64,000 nucleotides of DNA from the sequence record NC_052652.1; one strand, written 5' to 3'. Position numbers and translations under genes: made by a program. The notes beneath the pieces were generated by a model. The model saw only the letters and a list, made by a program, of their open reading frames with translations. It had not been told where the DNA came from and did not search any database. Positions 63,834 to 64,000 of this stretch are shown here, in pieces (position 1 is the first letter of the stretch; every line of letters begins with the position of its first letter). This DNA is from Escherichia phage vB_EcoM_PHB05.

Positions 63834-64000
63834 TGAAATGTGAGATCAAACGTGGCGATGATATGTCGTTAGATGAATATTTTAGTAAAATGCTGGCTCT
63901 GGATAATATAGAAATAGATGCTGGTTTTCTTACTGCTGTTCGCCATCCAGAATCAGATCTCACTATCCCTGCAATTGCTGCCATACAACAGTTTGGTAAT
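63834..64000 (+). CDS. hypothetical protein (partial, runs off window end)
   Basis: ATG 63834 directly after upstream stop; open to end of window. Confidence 0.35.

Noticed and set aside
1-64000. CRISPR array or large tandem repeat
   Set aside because: No regularly spaced direct repeats of 25-40 bp were seen; only short local repeats in the first 700 bp and the recurrent terminator hairpin.

Overview
The window is a 64 kb stretch of an AT-rich tailed dsDNA phage genome (Caudoviricetes) with a virulent-type layout; no integrase, repressor or att site was recognised. It has three transcriptional blocks. (1) 697-11839, + strand: about 35 small tandem ORFs of unknown function (early/host-takeover type), including two paralogous pairs. 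(2) 12015-47461, - strand: nucleotide metabolism (class Ia RNR nrdA/nrdB, ThyX, thymidine kinase, glutaredoxin), a complete dTDP-L-rhamnose pathway (rmlABCD), a T4-lysozyme-like endolysin, PhoH, an HslV-like peptidase, C5-cytosine and Dam-like methyltransferases, a serine recombinase, a Ser/Thr phosphatase, a Sir2-like protein, DNA ligase, RdgC-like protein, exonucleases, an HNH endonuclease and a three-gene RNA-repair-like cassette (P-loop kinase, ligase, metallophosphoesterase). (3) 47832-64000, + strand: a PRPP-synthetase-like plus NAMPT-like gene pair, a roughly 3 kb tRNA array (about 17 canonical tRNAs plus several atypical tRNA-like elements) interspersed with near-consensus sigma70 promoters, overlapping i-/o-spanin genes, a terminase large subunit interrupted by a mini-intein in its Walker A motif, then portal, prohead protease, scaffold, decoration and major capsid genes. 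Several features are reminiscent of Felix O1-like phages, but that is inference only. The most interesting candidates are the NAD+ salvage/reconstitution pair, the RNA-repair cassette, the terminase intein, the phage rmlABCD operon and the non-canonical tRNA-like elements. All calls come from reading the sequence and the supplied ORF translations; no database search or folding program was run, and coordinates of RNA features and regulatory sites are approximate (+/- a few nt).
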